A stretch of 64,000 nucleotides of DNA from an uncultured Eubacteriales bacterium (GTDB taxonomy: Bacteria > Bacillota_I > Bacilli_A > RF39 > UBA660): contig CAJMAC010000001.1 in NCBI GenBank assembly GCA_905211265.1, positions 2,412 to 66,411 of the forward strand. Reading direction: 5' to 3'. Positions 18,068 to 27,971 of this stretch are shown here, piece after piece. Position numbers and translations under genes: made by a program. Every line of letters starts with the position of its first letter. The first letter of the stretch is position 1. Under the pieces are notes generated by a model that was given only the letters and a program-made list of their open reading frames with translations, was not told the DNA's origin and made no database searches.

Positions 18068-19676
18068 TCTTCTTTTTTCTTAAAACTAAGAATAATATTA
18101 TTCCAATAATAACAACAGTTTCTATAATTACAGTAATAAGCAAATAATTAATACTCTTTTCTTTTGAAACAGTAATACTATAAGTACTAACAGATTTATC
18201 CTCTGCAGTAACAATTATTTTAATAACATTATTATTATTTAAATTATTATTACCAACTATCCTAACTTTAGCAGTCGCGTCTTCAGTAATTGCATTTATA
18301 TTTAAAGTTTCTTCATTTTTTATTTTTAAAGTATAGTTATAAACATTTTTATTAAAATCAATATTATATCCATCAATTGTTATAGATTTTAAATAACTAT
18401 TATTAGATAATACTTGATCTTTATCTTTTTTAGTTACAATAATTTTATATTCTCTAACAGAATTATCCTTTGCAGTAACCTTAATAATTATTGTATTTTC
18501 TCCAACTTTTAAGTTTTCATTACCAATTATCTCAAATTTTGATTTTCCTGAAGAAAGTTTAGGATTTATATCAAGGGAATCAGTATCATAATCAACTATA
18601 ATTTCATAATTAGTTTTATCTTTAGAAAAATCTATATCGTTATCCTTAATATCTATATCCTTTAAATAATTGTCATCACTTTTATTATCTGGATCCTCTT
18701 TTCTATTTATATTTATAGTATAAGTCCTAGTTACACCATTTTCTGATAATATTCTAAGTTCTATTTTATTATTTCCTTCGTTTAAATTAACTATTCTAGG
18801 TCCATATCCATTTACAAATGAAGAACTAGAGTCTTTTAAAGAAGCTGTTATTTTAGCAGTACTAACACCATATTCAACATTTATACTATATTCAAATTTA
18901 TCTTCATTAAAGTTTATATTTTTACCATTTACTCCAATTGATGAAAGCCTATTTTCAGTATTTCTATTATCTATTTTAGTAACATTTAATATATAAGTTC
19001 TAACTTCATTACTTTCACTTATTACATTTATTTTGAATGTATTTTTTCCATAATTAAGATTTCTATTCCCAATATCACCAGATATAGTCGAATTAGAATC
19101 TTCCTTTTCACAAAGTATTTCTATTGTTGAAGAATCCAAAGTTACATCATAAGTTAAAGTATTCTTATTAAAATTAATACTCCCTGGATTTATAGATAGA
19201 CTTTTCAAATAGTTATTTAAAGAAGCAATTCTAATATTTTTACTAATATCAGAAATATTTACTTTATTAAATTCACTATCTGAATATATAACATTACTTA
19301 AAGATATAGATTCTGTTCCTTCGACTGCAGTAGATTTAACTCTTACTTTTAATACTCCAACATTAAAATTATCTTTTTTATTTGTATCAGTATATAAACC
19401 AATTTTATTACCTGATGCATCACCTTGCCAAGCGCTATCAGTAGTAAAACTAACTATTTCTAAATTACTAGATAATACAATATCTGCACTTAACCCAGTA
19501 ACTTCACTATCTGCATAAGCAGTAATATTACAAGTAACCTCATCATTTGCAACAGCTTTATAACTATTACATTCCATGTTTATTTCACCACTTAAAGCCT
19601 TAACTTTAAAAGGAATTAAACAAAGAATAAATAAACATACCTTTAATACTCTTTTCATAATAACACCCTTATTCAC
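18045..19676 (-). CDS. Membrane-anchored scaffold: N-terminal cohesin-like domain, four cadherin-like beta-sandwich domains, C-terminal TM anchor
   Basis: Signal peptide. Cohesin-like region ..AVANDEVTCNITAYADSEVTGLSADIVLSSNLEIVSF.. (about 19227-19595). Four repeats of N(Y/R)L(K/S)S(L/I)..IxF....Y.V......I.....D....I.G......G.N...I.V...... C-terminal TM followed by RKKK. Confidence 0.65.
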   Translation of the reverse strand: MNKGVIMKRVLKVCLFILCLIPFKVKALSGEINMECNSYKAVANDEVTCNITAYADSEVTGLSADIVLSSNLEIVSFTTDSAWQGDASGNKIGLYTDTNKKDNFNVGVLKVRVKSTAVEGTESISLSNVIYSDSEFNKVNISDISKNIRIASLNNYLKSLSINPGSINFNKNTLTYDVTLDSSTIEILCEKEDSNSTISGDIGNRNLNYGKNTFKINVISESNEVRTYILNVTKIDNRNTENRLSSIGVNGKNINFNEDKFEYSINVEYGVSTAKITASLKDSSSSFVNGYGPRIVNLNEGNNKIELRILSENGVTRTYTININRKEDPDNKSDDNYLKDIDIKDNDIDFSKDKTNYEIIVDYDTDSLDINPKLSSGKSKFEIIGNENLKVGENTIIIKVTAKDNSVREYKIIVTKKDKDQVLSNNSYLKSITIDGYNIDFNKNVYNYTLKIKNEETLNINAITEDATAKVRIVGNNNLNNNNVIKIIVTAEDKSVSTYSITVSKEKSINYLLITVIIETVVIIGIILFLVLRKKKSDVNEEV

Positions 19677-20076
19677 TTGTTTCTAAATTATCTTTTTTGT
19701 CTAATAACTTAATATATTCTTCCACTTGACCTTCTTCTGGTTTGTATTTACCAGCAATAAACCCTTCAATATCATTAGAAGTCTTAATCTTATACCAAGT
19801 ATAATAATTATCTTCTTTTGTTTCAAGAATAGTATATATTTCCCCTTTAGATACTTTACCTACTTTCTCACTCTTAGTATCTGCTTCCATTCTAATATTT
19901 ATTGTATCATTTGTAACTTCTAATTGTTCTAAATTTTCATCTCTAGCATTAGATTGAACTATTTCTTCTTTATTATTTTTATTATTACTATTTAATTTTT
20001 TATTTACTAATAATCCTCCTAAAATTAGTGCAATAACAAATAATATAACAATTAATATAATTTTTTTCTTATCCAT
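19669..20076 (-). CDS. Membrane-anchored SH3b-domain protein
   Basis: N-terminal TM. SH3_3-like ..INIRMEADTKSEKVGKVSKGEIYTILE...WYKIKT..IEGFIAGKY. Its stop overlaps the next gene by 8 nt. Confidence 0.65.
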   Translation of the reverse strand: MDKKKIILIVILFVIALILGGLLVNKKLNSNNKNNKEEIVQSNARDENLEQLEVTNDTINIRMEADTKSEKVGKVSKGEIYTILETKEDNYYTWYKIKTSNDIEGFIAGKYKPEEGQVEEYIKLLDKKDNLETSE

Positions 20077-20078
20077 TA

Positions 20079-20723
20079 CTATCTCTCCTTTATATTTAAT
20101 AACATTATATCTAATATTTCATTTATACTTAATTTAGTAGTATCTATTTCAATTGCATTTTTAGGCTTTATAAAATTACCATCATTTATATCTTTTCTAT
20201 CTCTAGCATCTATATCATTATAAATACCTTCATATGTAACATTTTCTTTATCTTTCTTTTCATTATAAATTCTTCTAGCGCGTTCCTCTAACGAACAATA
20301 TAAATAAAACTTATAATTTGCATTCGGAGCAATTCTAGTTCCAATATCTCTTCCTTCAATAACAACATCACCATTATCTACAAATTTCTTTTGAATAACC
20401 CTAATGGCACTTTTAATATTAAGATTATTAGCAAAACTTGGAGTAAAAATTGATACCTCTTCTTTTCTAATTAAATCTGTAACATCCTTTTTATCTAAAT
20501 AAATCCTTTGCATTCCATTAATTATTTTAAAATCTATATCTAAATTTATTACCTTATCATAAATATCTTTATCATTAACACTAAATTCATTATTCATTAT
20601 TTTTAAAGCAATACATCTATATATAGAACCTGAATTTAAATATCTTAAATTTAATTTATCTGCTAACATAAATGCTATAGTAGACTTACCTGTCGCAGAA
20701 AATCCATCAATTGAAATTACCAC
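20079..20723 (-). CDS. cmk: Cytidylate kinase
   Basis: ISIDGFSATGKST P-loop, SGSIYR, GRDIGT motifs. Confidence 0.9.
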   Translation of the reverse strand: MVISIDGFSATGKSTIAFMLADKLNLRYLNSGSIYRCIALKIMNNEFSVNDKDIYDKVINLDIDFKIINGMQRIYLDKKDVTDLIRKEEVSIFTPSFANNLNIKSAIRVIQKKFVDNGDVVIEGRDIGTRIAPNANYKFYLYCSLEERARRIYNEKKDKENVTYEGIYNDIDARDRKDINDGNFIKPKNAIEIDTTKLSINEILDIMLLNIKER

Positions 20724-20788
20724 ATAATCACATCCTACATTAATTTTATCATAAATAGCGAAAAAAATAAAGAAAGAATTAACTTTCT

Positions 20789-21574
20789 CTATTTATTATT
20801 TTGTTTTTTGTATCTATAAAAACTATATCCAGAATAGAACAATGAACTAAATCCTATTAAATAAGCAATATATAACATTACATCACCAGTATTTGGATTA
20901 CTTGGAATGTCTTCAGCATGACATTGTTCTTGCGTTCTAGCTGTTCCCCTCCATGTACCACTACAAGAACTACTTATACTTGAAGGTACAGGATAAATTC
21001 CCCAATAAAATTTATTATCATCAGTTGAACATACATAACAATATGAATTAGGTGTAGAACTTGGTGATGGACTAACAGATGGTTTCTCAGATGGTGATGG
21101 ACTAATAGGTGGCTTCTCAGATGGTGATGGAGTTACATACCAATTATTACATCTACTTTCATCCAAATTCGCAATTGTCCACGAACCACTACAATATCCT
21201 AATTCCTCACGATATCCAAAATGATATATATTATCTCTTTCACAATAATAGCAAGCATTGTATCTAGTAGTAGGAATAGATGGCTTTTTAGATGGAGATG
21301 GACTTGTAGGTGGTTTCTTAGACGGACTTGGAGATGGTTTGGATGTACAATAACTATCTGCAACAGGTGTACAATTCTCTGCACCAACTGGTGCATAAAC
21401 ATAGCTATTATCACACTTTGAACACACCTCATCACCACCAAGTGGTACAATTTTACCACCACCAGTGTTTTCCATAGTTAATGGATAAGCATAGGTACCT
21501 TTAATTATAGTTATCGAAATAATAGAGCAAATAAATACAGTTAATCCTAATAATATTTTTTTATCACGATTCAT
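20789..21574 (-). CDS. Cys-rich, PSPS(E/K)KP-repeat surface protein with SNPNTG sorting-signal-like C-terminus
   Basis: Signal peptide. Two 4-Cys modules (CYYC..F/W..C.G.W...C), proline-rich linkers, then SNPNTG (NPNTG = 20885-20899), a hydrophobic segment and the RYKKQNNK tail. Confidence 0.7.
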   Translation of the reverse strand: MNRDKKILLGLTVFICSIISITIIKGTYAYPLTMENTGGGKIVPLGGDEVCSKCDNSYVYAPVGAENCTPVADSYCTSKPSPSPSKKPPTSPSPSKKPSIPTTRYNACYYCERDNIYHFGYREELGYCSGSWTIANLDESRCNNWYVTPSPSEKPPISPSPSEKPSVSPSPSSTPNSYCYVCSTDDNKFYWGIYPVPSSISSSCSGTWRGTARTQEQCHAEDIPSNPNTGDVMLYIAYLIGFSSLFYSGYSFYRYKKQNNK

Positions 21575-21575
21575 T

Positions 21576-23234
21576 TTAATTACCTTCTTTCTTTTTTATT
21601 TTATTTGTATAATAAACTGTATATCCAAATGTTACAATTCCAATTATTACTGATAAATATAACAATGAATTACCAGTATTTGGATTACTTTCAGGATCGG
21701 ATGAATTACTACCAGATGAATTATTATTTTTTTTACTTCCTTTTATAAAGCAACCATTTGAATCTTGAATACAATTATATCCACTATAAGCTGATTCACA
21801 ACTATTTTTATTATAATATACACAATCTATATTATCATCTTGTTTTTTATCTCCCTTTACATAGCAATTATTTTCATCTTTTACACAATTATACCCATCA
21901 TTTGCAACTTCACATGAATCTTTATATATATATTCACATTGTGTTTCATCACCAATATCAGGATTTGGTGAAGGAGTAGTACCACCAGAATTATTACTTT
22001 GCCATTGCGCTGTTAAAGTACTACCATTATCCGACTTATCAATATATCTATTAAATACATCACCACTATTATTTTTCCAACCTAAAAATTTATAACCATT
22101 TCTTGTAACAACAATATCATTATCAGTAAAATATTTTTTATCAGTATATTTTATAGTTTTAGTACTTGTTGTACCATCACTAAACTTTCCACCATTAGGA
22201 TTAAATTTAGCACTATAAGTTGTAGTACCAGGTGTTGAAGTACCAGGACTTGAAGGCGTCCCATCCTTATTATAACAAGCATAAAAAGTATAAGTATTAT
22301 TAATCAAATATTTAGTTAATAATGCATCACAACTTTTTGTTAAACTCCATCCCTTAAATGTATATCCACTAGCCTTTGCACTATATTCAGTTAAATCAAT
22401 ATAATTATTCTTTTTTACAGTAGTTTCATATTTGTTTGCCTTAGTTGAAGTTCCATTTTTATATACTATTCCTGAATCATTATTAGCATCTAAAAACACA
22501 CCAACATTATAATCTTCAATTACTTTAACGAAACAAGCATAAACAGTCATATCACTCTTAACATTTACTATACCACTATCTTTAGTAGAAGTGCATGCAC
22601 TACTAGTTGACCAACCTTTAAAAGTATAATCATCTTTTGTAGCAGTATATAAAGCATAATTTAATTCAGAAATTTTAAATACATTCCTACTTTGTAATTT
22701 ACCATTTAAATATAGTTTTCCACCAGCAACATTAAAAGTTACTTCATAATTTTGCGTAGGCGTTACACATCTATCACTACTTGTTATATTTTCTTGAGGT
22801 ATCCAACTACCACCATTACAAGTTACACTTGGTGTACCCGAACTCCATAAATAATTTGATCCAGTAACTGAATTACCAGTACAATAATAACAAGCACTAT
22901 TGTCTATTTCTCCCAAATTTGCAATACAATTACCTTCATTATAAACAGTATACCCAGCAGGGCAACTTCCATTAACAGTATAAGAAAAGCATTTATTTCC
23001 ATTGCCTAATGATCCTATTTTGGCAGTATCGCTAACAGGGCAACACCCATACTGATCATTTGTAGCATTAGATACATATTTATATTCTATACCATTTAAT
23101 GATTTACATTTAGGAGTTGTACTACTATCAGTTGAATATGTATCATTAATATTAATTACCCATATTGTTAAAGCCATTACCATCACTAAGCATCCAGCAA
23201 CAATACCTTTAGATATTTTATTTTCTTTTTCCAT
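21576..23234 (-). CDS. Cys-rich surface protein with Listeria-Bacteroides (Flg_new) repeats and SNPNTG sorting-signal-like C-terminus
   Basis: Three YTFKGWS / YKFLGWK Flg_new-type repeats, N- and C-terminal Cys-rich modules, then SNPNTG (21672-21686), TM and the KIKKKEGN tail. Lies 1 nt from the downstream gene. Confidence 0.75.
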   Translation of the reverse strand: MEKENKISKGIVAGCLVMVMALTIWVININDTYSTDSSTTPKCKSLNGIEYKYVSNATNDQYGCCPVSDTAKIGSLGNGNKCFSYTVNGSCPAGYTVYNEGNCIANLGEIDNSACYYCTGNSVTGSNYLWSSGTPSVTCNGGSWIPQENITSSDRCVTPTQNYEVTFNVAGGKLYLNGKLQSRNVFKISELNYALYTATKDDYTFKGWSTSSACTSTKDSGIVNVKSDMTVYACFVKVIEDYNVGVFLDANNDSGIVYKNGTSTKANKYETTVKKNNYIDLTEYSAKASGYTFKGWSLTKSCDALLTKYLINNTYTFYACYNKDGTPSSPGTSTPGTTTYSAKFNPNGGKFSDGTTSTKTIKYTDKKYFTDNDIVVTRNGYKFLGWKNNSGDVFNRYIDKSDNGSTLTAQWQSNNSGGTTPSPNPDIGDETQCEYIYKDSCEVANDGYNCVKDENNCYVKGDKKQDDNIDCVYYNKNSCESAYSGYNCIQDSNGCFIKGSKKNNNSSGSNSSDPESNPNTGNSLLYLSVIIGIVTFGYTVYYTNKIKKKEGN

Positions 23235-23327
23235 AATTCACTTCCCGACTCTCTATTTCTAAATAAATTTTATCATACAACTCTAAATAAATCAATCATA
23301 ATTAAAATTTTTTAACATATTTTTTAA

Positions 23328-23594
23328 TTGGTGATACTATTGAATATATATTTAATTACAGAATATGTAAAAAGAATTAAAAAAGAAGATGTTTATAATT
23401 ATGCTTTAAAAGAAGGAGTAACATTAGAAGATTATGAATTAGATATAATATATGATTATATAAAAAAAGATTATAAAACAATTATTTATGGCAATGTCCG
23501 TGGAGTATTAGATGAAATAAAAACAAAAGTTAAACTAAATACCTATAATAAAATAGAAAACTTATATTTAAGATTTAAAAATTATTTAAATTAA
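23328..23594 (+). CDS. Small hypothetical protein, possibly DUF2624 (YqfT-like)
   Basis: Track start is TTG. An in-frame TTG at 23340 follows GGTGAT. Helical 80-aa protein of YqfT-like layout. Confidence 0.4.
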   Translation: MVILLNIYLITEYVKRIKKEDVYNYALKEGVTLEDYELDIIYDYIKKDYKTIIYGNVRGVLDEIKTKVKLNTYNKIENLYLRFKNYLN

Positions 23595-23683
23595 TTTACA
23601 CATTTGACATATAATAATAAATAAATTCCTTGATAAAAGCAAATAATAAAGGTATAATTTACTTATATATCAAGGAGGAATAA

Positions 23684-25297
23684 ATGAAAAAATCAAACTT
23701 CTTAGAAGGTGCTTTTATAGCAACTTCTGCAATAATATTAACAAAAATACTTGGAGTAATATATGTAATACCTTTTTATAGCATAATTGGAGAACAAGGT
23801 GGTGCATTATATGGATATTCTTATACAATATATAATTTCTTTTTATCTTTATCCACCGTTGGTTTCCCACTTGCAATAAGTAAACTAACTAGCGAATATA
23901 ATACCTTAGGAATGAATGCTGAAAAAGTAAGATTATATAAAATATCTAAAATATTTATTCTTATATTTTCTCTAATATGTTTTCTAATATGTTTTATCTT
24001 TGCACCACAAGTAGCTAACTTAATCATAGGAAATATTGAAAATGGTAATACCATTGAAGATGTATCATTTACTATAAGAATGGTATCATTTGCCCTATTG
24101 GTTATTCCACTTCTAAGTATAATGCGAGGATACTTACAAGGACATAAATATATTAAAGAGCCATCATTAAGCCAAGTAATTGAACAAGTAGTAAGAGTAA
24201 TAGTAATACTTTTAGGTAGTTATCTAACATTAAAAGTATTTCACTTATCTTTAAGAACTACCATCGGAGTAGCAGTCTTTGCTTCTTGTGCTGGTGGAAT
24301 ATTTGCTTATATCTATTTAACAGTAATAATGAAAAAAAACAAAGATAAATTATTACAAAAAGAAAATAAAGCAAGCAAAATAAAAGATAAAGAAATAATA
24401 AAAAAAATAATTACTTATAGTATTCCTTTTATAATAATAAGTTGTGCAAATCAAATATATAACTCTACAGATATGATTTTAATGTTAAGAACTCTTCCTA
24501 ACTTTAATTATGAAGGAAAAGATATCGAAACAATAAGTAGTGTCTTTACAACATGGGGACCTAAAATTAACTCCATAGTAGTAGCAATAGCAAATGGATT
24601 AATAATTAGTTTAATACCTCATATAGTTAGTTTATATGTAAAAAAAGACAACGTTGGAGTTAATAAATTATTTAATAGATGCCTAAAAATAATAATCTTT
24701 ATAATTATACCATTATCAGTATTTTTAAGCATTAACTCATATTCAATATGGACTATATTTTATGGGCAAAATAAATATGGATATTTAATAATAAGATGTA
24801 ATATCTTACTAACAATATTAGATAGTATGTACATAATAGTAAATAGCCTACTACAAAGTTTAAGCAAATATAAAGTATTATTTATAACAGTAATACTAGG
24901 TATAGTAATAAACTTAGCATTAGATATACCTATGATGTATCTATTCAACAGTTTAAATACTCATGCTTTCTATGGAGCAATATTTGCAACATTCCTAGGA
25001 CTATCTACTTCAATTATTATACCAATAGTATATCTAAAAAAGAAATTAGATTTCAGTTACACTGAAACAATAAAAGTATTACCTAAATCATTATTAAATT
25101 TAGTAATACTAATTGTATTAGACTTACTAATAAGTTTAATTCTACCAATTAACTCAACATCAAGATTCTTACAAATTATAAATATATGTGTACTAGGAAT
25201 TATATTATTACCAGTATACTTAAAATTAAATAAAAAATATTTAAGTGATATCTTACCAAATAAAATACTTAAAATATTAACTAAATTACATATATAA
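23684..25297 (+). CDS. murJ: MOP-superfamily lipid II flippase, MurJ/YtgP-like
   Basis: 537 aa, about 14 TM segments. N-terminus ..GAFIATSAIILTKILGVIYVIPF..GGALYGYSYTIY is typical of YtgP-type flippases. AGGAGG SD. Confidence 0.75.
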   Translation: MKKSNFLEGAFIATSAIILTKILGVIYVIPFYSIIGEQGGALYGYSYTIYNFFLSLSTVGFPLAISKLTSEYNTLGMNAEKVRLYKISKIFILIFSLICFLICFIFAPQVANLIIGNIENGNTIEDVSFTIRMVSFALLVIPLLSIMRGYLQGHKYIKEPSLSQVIEQVVRVIVILLGSYLTLKVFHLSLRTTIGVAVFASCAGGIFAYIYLTVIMKKNKDKLLQKENKASKIKDKEIIKKIITYSIPFIIISCANQIYNSTDMILMLRTLPNFNYEGKDIETISSVFTTWGPKINSIVVAIANGLIISLIPHIVSLYVKKDNVGVNKLFNRCLKIIIFIIIPLSVFLSINSYSIWTIFYGQNKYGYLIIRCNILLTILDSMYIIVNSLLQSLSKYKVLFITVILGIVINLALDIPMMYLFNSLNTHAFYGAIFATFLGLSTSIIIPIVYLKKKLDFSYTETIKVLPKSLLNLVILIVLDLLISLILPINSTSRFLQIINICVLGIILLPVYLKLNKKYLSDILPNKILKILTKLHI

Positions 25298-25317
25298 GTC
25301 CTAAAAGGGACTTTTTT
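25296..25317 (+). terminator. Weak Rho-independent terminator after the murJ-like gene
   Basis: AAGTCC-taaaag-GGACTT followed by TTTTT. Confidence 0.4.
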
Positions 25318-25526
25318 AATAAAAATATTGCTTTACACTCAAAAAAATAAATGATATAATGTTCCTGTAAAGAAGAAAAAATTAAAATTTTCCTAATGGG
25401 AAGAACAAGTAAATAATATATAAATAGAATGTATCATATATAAAACGCATGAAAAACAAAGATTACTATGGAAGGAGGAATAATCTTAATTTTAAAGCAT
25501 TTTATTTATTAAAAAGGAGTAAAAAA

Positions 25527-26120
25527 ATGGAAGTAAAAAGAAAAATAAAAAAGTTTTTTAAAAACAAAATAGTACGCATTGTAGCATTAGCATTAATTGT
25601 ATTAGCAATTATATTTCTAATAACATATAATCCAAAAGAAGATTTAGACACAACTTATATAATAGCGAAATTAGAAAAAGCAAGTGAATTAACAACTGCT
25701 AAATTAACTTATAATGGTTTTAGTAAATATACTGATAATGGAATTACAATAATAAATAAAGCAGATTTTCTAATGGTATATACTGCAACAGCACGCGCAG
25801 GTATAGACATTAAAGAAGTCAAAGTAACTTCAAATAACATTACAAAAACAGTATTAATATCTATACCAAAAGCCAAAATACTTGAAGTAAAAGTTGACCC
25901 TAAATCTATTAAATATTATGATGAAAAGTTTTCTTTATTTAATTTTGATGCCAAAGAAGATGCTAATAAAGCACAAGCGATGGCCGAAGATAAAGCCAAA
26001 GAAGATTTAAAAAGTATGGGAATTTTAGAAATGGCAGATAGCCAATCAGAAGCTTTAATCAAAGGCATAATCCAAGATTTAATTCCCGAAGGTTATAAAT
26101 TAAAAACAGAAAAACAATAA
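25527..26120 (+). CDS. DUF4230-family membrane-anchored protein
   Basis: The track ORF starts at 25449, but ATG 25527 follows AAAGGAG SD. TM segment, then ..LEKASELTTAKLTYNGF...FLMVYTATARAGIDIKEVKV. Confidence 0.7.
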   Translation: MEVKRKIKKFFKNKIVRIVALALIVLAIIFLITYNPKEDLDTTYIIAKLEKASELTTAKLTYNGFSKYTDNGITIINKADFLMVYTATARAGIDIKEVKVTSNNITKTVLISIPKAKILEVKVDPKSIKYYDEKFSLFNFDAKEDANKAQAMAEDKAKEDLKSMGILEMADSQSEALIKGIIQDLIPEGYKLKTEKQ

Positions 26121-26148
26121 AAGCCCTAATTTCTAGGACTTTTAATTT

Positions 26149-26439
26149 TTAAAACATTTCACCATGACTCCCCGTATCAACCAATAAAAGAATTAATTTT
26201 TCATTATTGTATTTATAAATCAATAACCAATCAGGCTCGATATGACATTCATAACAATCAACATAGTATTTATTTTTAATAAGTTTATGATTTCTTAAAC
26301 TAGGTTCTAATTCTTCACAATTTGCAATTTTATCAACTATATCAAGTAATTTTTCTATGTCTTTACCTTGTTTAAGTACCTTTTTTAAACTTTTTTTGAA
26401 CCGACTAGAATATTGAACATTTAATTTATAATTAGTCAT
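26149..26439 (-). CDS. yafQ: Type II toxin, YafQ/RelE-family mRNA interferase
   Basis: 96 aa. ..RFKKSLKKVLKQGKD...HKL...Y.DCYECHIEPDWLLIYKY...LILLLVDTGSHGEMF. Confidence 0.8.
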   Translation of the reverse strand: MTNYKLNVQYSSRFKKSLKKVLKQGKDIEKLLDIVDKIANCEELEPSLRNHKLIKNKYYVDCYECHIEPDWLLIYKYNNEKLILLLVDTGSHGEMF

Positions 26440-26716
26440 CTTTTAATAATGCTTTCTTTAAGTCTTCTCTATTAGTATAACTAGGATAATTTTGTGGATT
26501 ATTAATCATATCTCTGATTTCTTCAATTGCATCCAATAAATCATCATTTGAATTATTATTAACTTCAAATGGTAACCCATCTTTTTTTATTACTTGTCTT
26601 AAAAATATATTAATAGCAGTACTCATACTTAACCCCAAATTGTTTAATATATCAGTAGCTTTTCTTTTAGTTTCACTATCAATTTGAATATTTATAGCAC
26701 TTGTTAAACTTGCCAT
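26432..26716 (-). CDS. dinJ: Type II antitoxin, RelB/DinJ family
   Basis: ATG 26716 after AAGGAGA SD. INIQIDSETKRKATDILNNLGLSMSTAINIFLRQVIKKDGLPFEV. Overlaps the toxin gene by 8 nt. Confidence 0.8.
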   Translation of the reverse strand: MASLTSAINIQIDSETKRKATDILNNLGLSMSTAINIFLRQVIKKDGLPFEVNNNSNDDLLDAIEEIRDMINNPQNYPSYTNREDLKKALLKDD

Positions 26717-26854
26717 AAAATCATCTCCTTTCACATAAATAGATAATAACATATTTTTATTAAATTGTCAATATTTTTATACAATAATTATACAATTATT
26801 ATATAATTTTACAACACATCTACTACATTATATGTTATAAACTTAAATTTATTA

Positions 26855-27871
26855 CTAATAATTATCAACTTCCTTATTAATCGCATTATTAATTGAATTA
26901 GATATAACATTAGCTAACTTCTCAATAATAAAATCTATTTCTTTCGGAGTAACAATCAAATTATAATTAATATTATTTAATACTTCACTAATTAAATTCT
27001 TCTTTTTCTCTTCATCCAAACTACCAATTATACCTCCAAGTATCTCCTTATCCTCATTACTTACCTTACTAGATTTAATTTTATCTAAATAATTATTATT
27101 TCTTTTTACTACAAGTTTACTAGTTTCATAATTATTTTTCAAATAATTTAAATGCATAAACATATATTCTAATGTATCATTAACAATAGTAACACTTTCT
27201 ACTACCGTAGGTACTCCAATAGCAATAACAGGTATACCTAATGTATCTTTACTTATTTCTTTTCTCATATTACCTATACCACTACCAGGATGTATTCCTG
27301 TATCAGTTAACTGAATTGTTTTATTTAATCTTTCTATTGAACTAGCACAAAGTGAATCAATTACAATAATAAATTTAGGTTTAACATTATCTACAATACC
27401 CTTAATTATATCAATAGTCTCAATCCCAGTATTACCCATAACTCCAGGAATAATTGCACTTACCTTCCTAATGCCTTTTTTAACATCAACATTAAGTTCA
27501 AATAAATGCCTTGTAACAAGAATATTATCTATTACCATTGGTCCTAAAGCATCTGGTGTACTTTTTTTATTACCTAATCCTATTACTAAACATTCATAAT
27601 TATCCTTAATATTATTTTTATTTAATATATCTTTAATCTCCTTAACTAAAACTTTTCCTACATTTTCCCTATCTTCATAATTAGTAATATCAGTTAATTC
27701 AATAGTAATATAATTCCCCTCTTTTTTATTAAGTAAATTATTTTTATCCATTACTACTCTACTTATTTTAATATTATTTATTACTTCTTCCTTAATTAAA
27801 TTCTTATCATTTATTTGTTCAATTACTAAATCAGTATGAATATTTACATTTTTTAAATCAATTCTATGCAT
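26855..27871 (-). CDS. gpr: Spore germination protease GPR
   Basis: ..IHTDLVIE.., LVIGLGNKKSTPDALGPMVIDNILVTRHLF, IPGVMGNTGIETIDIIKGIV, TDTGIHPGSGIGN, LGIPVIAIGVPTVV. Confidence 0.92.
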   Translation of the reverse strand: MHRIDLKNVNIHTDLVIEQINDKNLIKEEVINNIKISRVVMDKNNLLNKKEGNYITIELTDITNYEDRENVGKVLVKEIKDILNKNNIKDNYECLVIGLGNKKSTPDALGPMVIDNILVTRHLFELNVDVKKGIRKVSAIIPGVMGNTGIETIDIIKGIVDNVKPKFIIVIDSLCASSIERLNKTIQLTDTGIHPGSGIGNMRKEISKDTLGIPVIAIGVPTVVESVTIVNDTLEYMFMHLNYLKNNYETSKLVVKRNNNYLDKIKSSKVSNEDKEILGGIIGSLDEEKKKNLISEVLNNINYNLIVTPKEIDFIIEKLANVISNSINNAINKEVDNY

Positions 27872-27909
27872 AAAATCTCCTTTCTATATATATTTTTAAC
27901 AAAAATATA

Positions 27910-27938
27910 TTGCATTATTTACTTTTTTTTGATAAAAT
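27910..27938 (+). promoter_or_regulatory. SigmaA-type promoter of rpsT
   Basis: TTGCAT, 17-nt spacer ending in TGA, TAAAAT (extended -10). Confidence 0.6.
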
Positions 27939-27971
27939 TATAAGTAGTTCTTGAAGAAAGGAGTCTTATAT

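Noticed and set aside
21199-21462. Two overlapping ORFs (21199-21462 minus, 21221-21421 plus) and tandem DNA repeats in the PSPS(E/K)KP region.
   Set aside because: The DNA repeats are the in-frame proline-rich linkers of the Cys-rich surface protein. The alternative frames give His/Arg/Leu-rich nonsense.
25449-25526. N-terminal extensions proposed by the ORF caller: 25449 for the DUF4230 gene, 27951 for rpsT, 11219 for the DUF3419-like gene, 58317 for the recombinase, 59902 for the ATPase, 59955 for the HTH gene and 32382 for the HAD gene.
   Set aside because: In each case an internal ATG follows a good SD at proper spacing. The extension either contains the SD itself, overlaps the upstream gene, or starts at a non-ATG codon without an SD.
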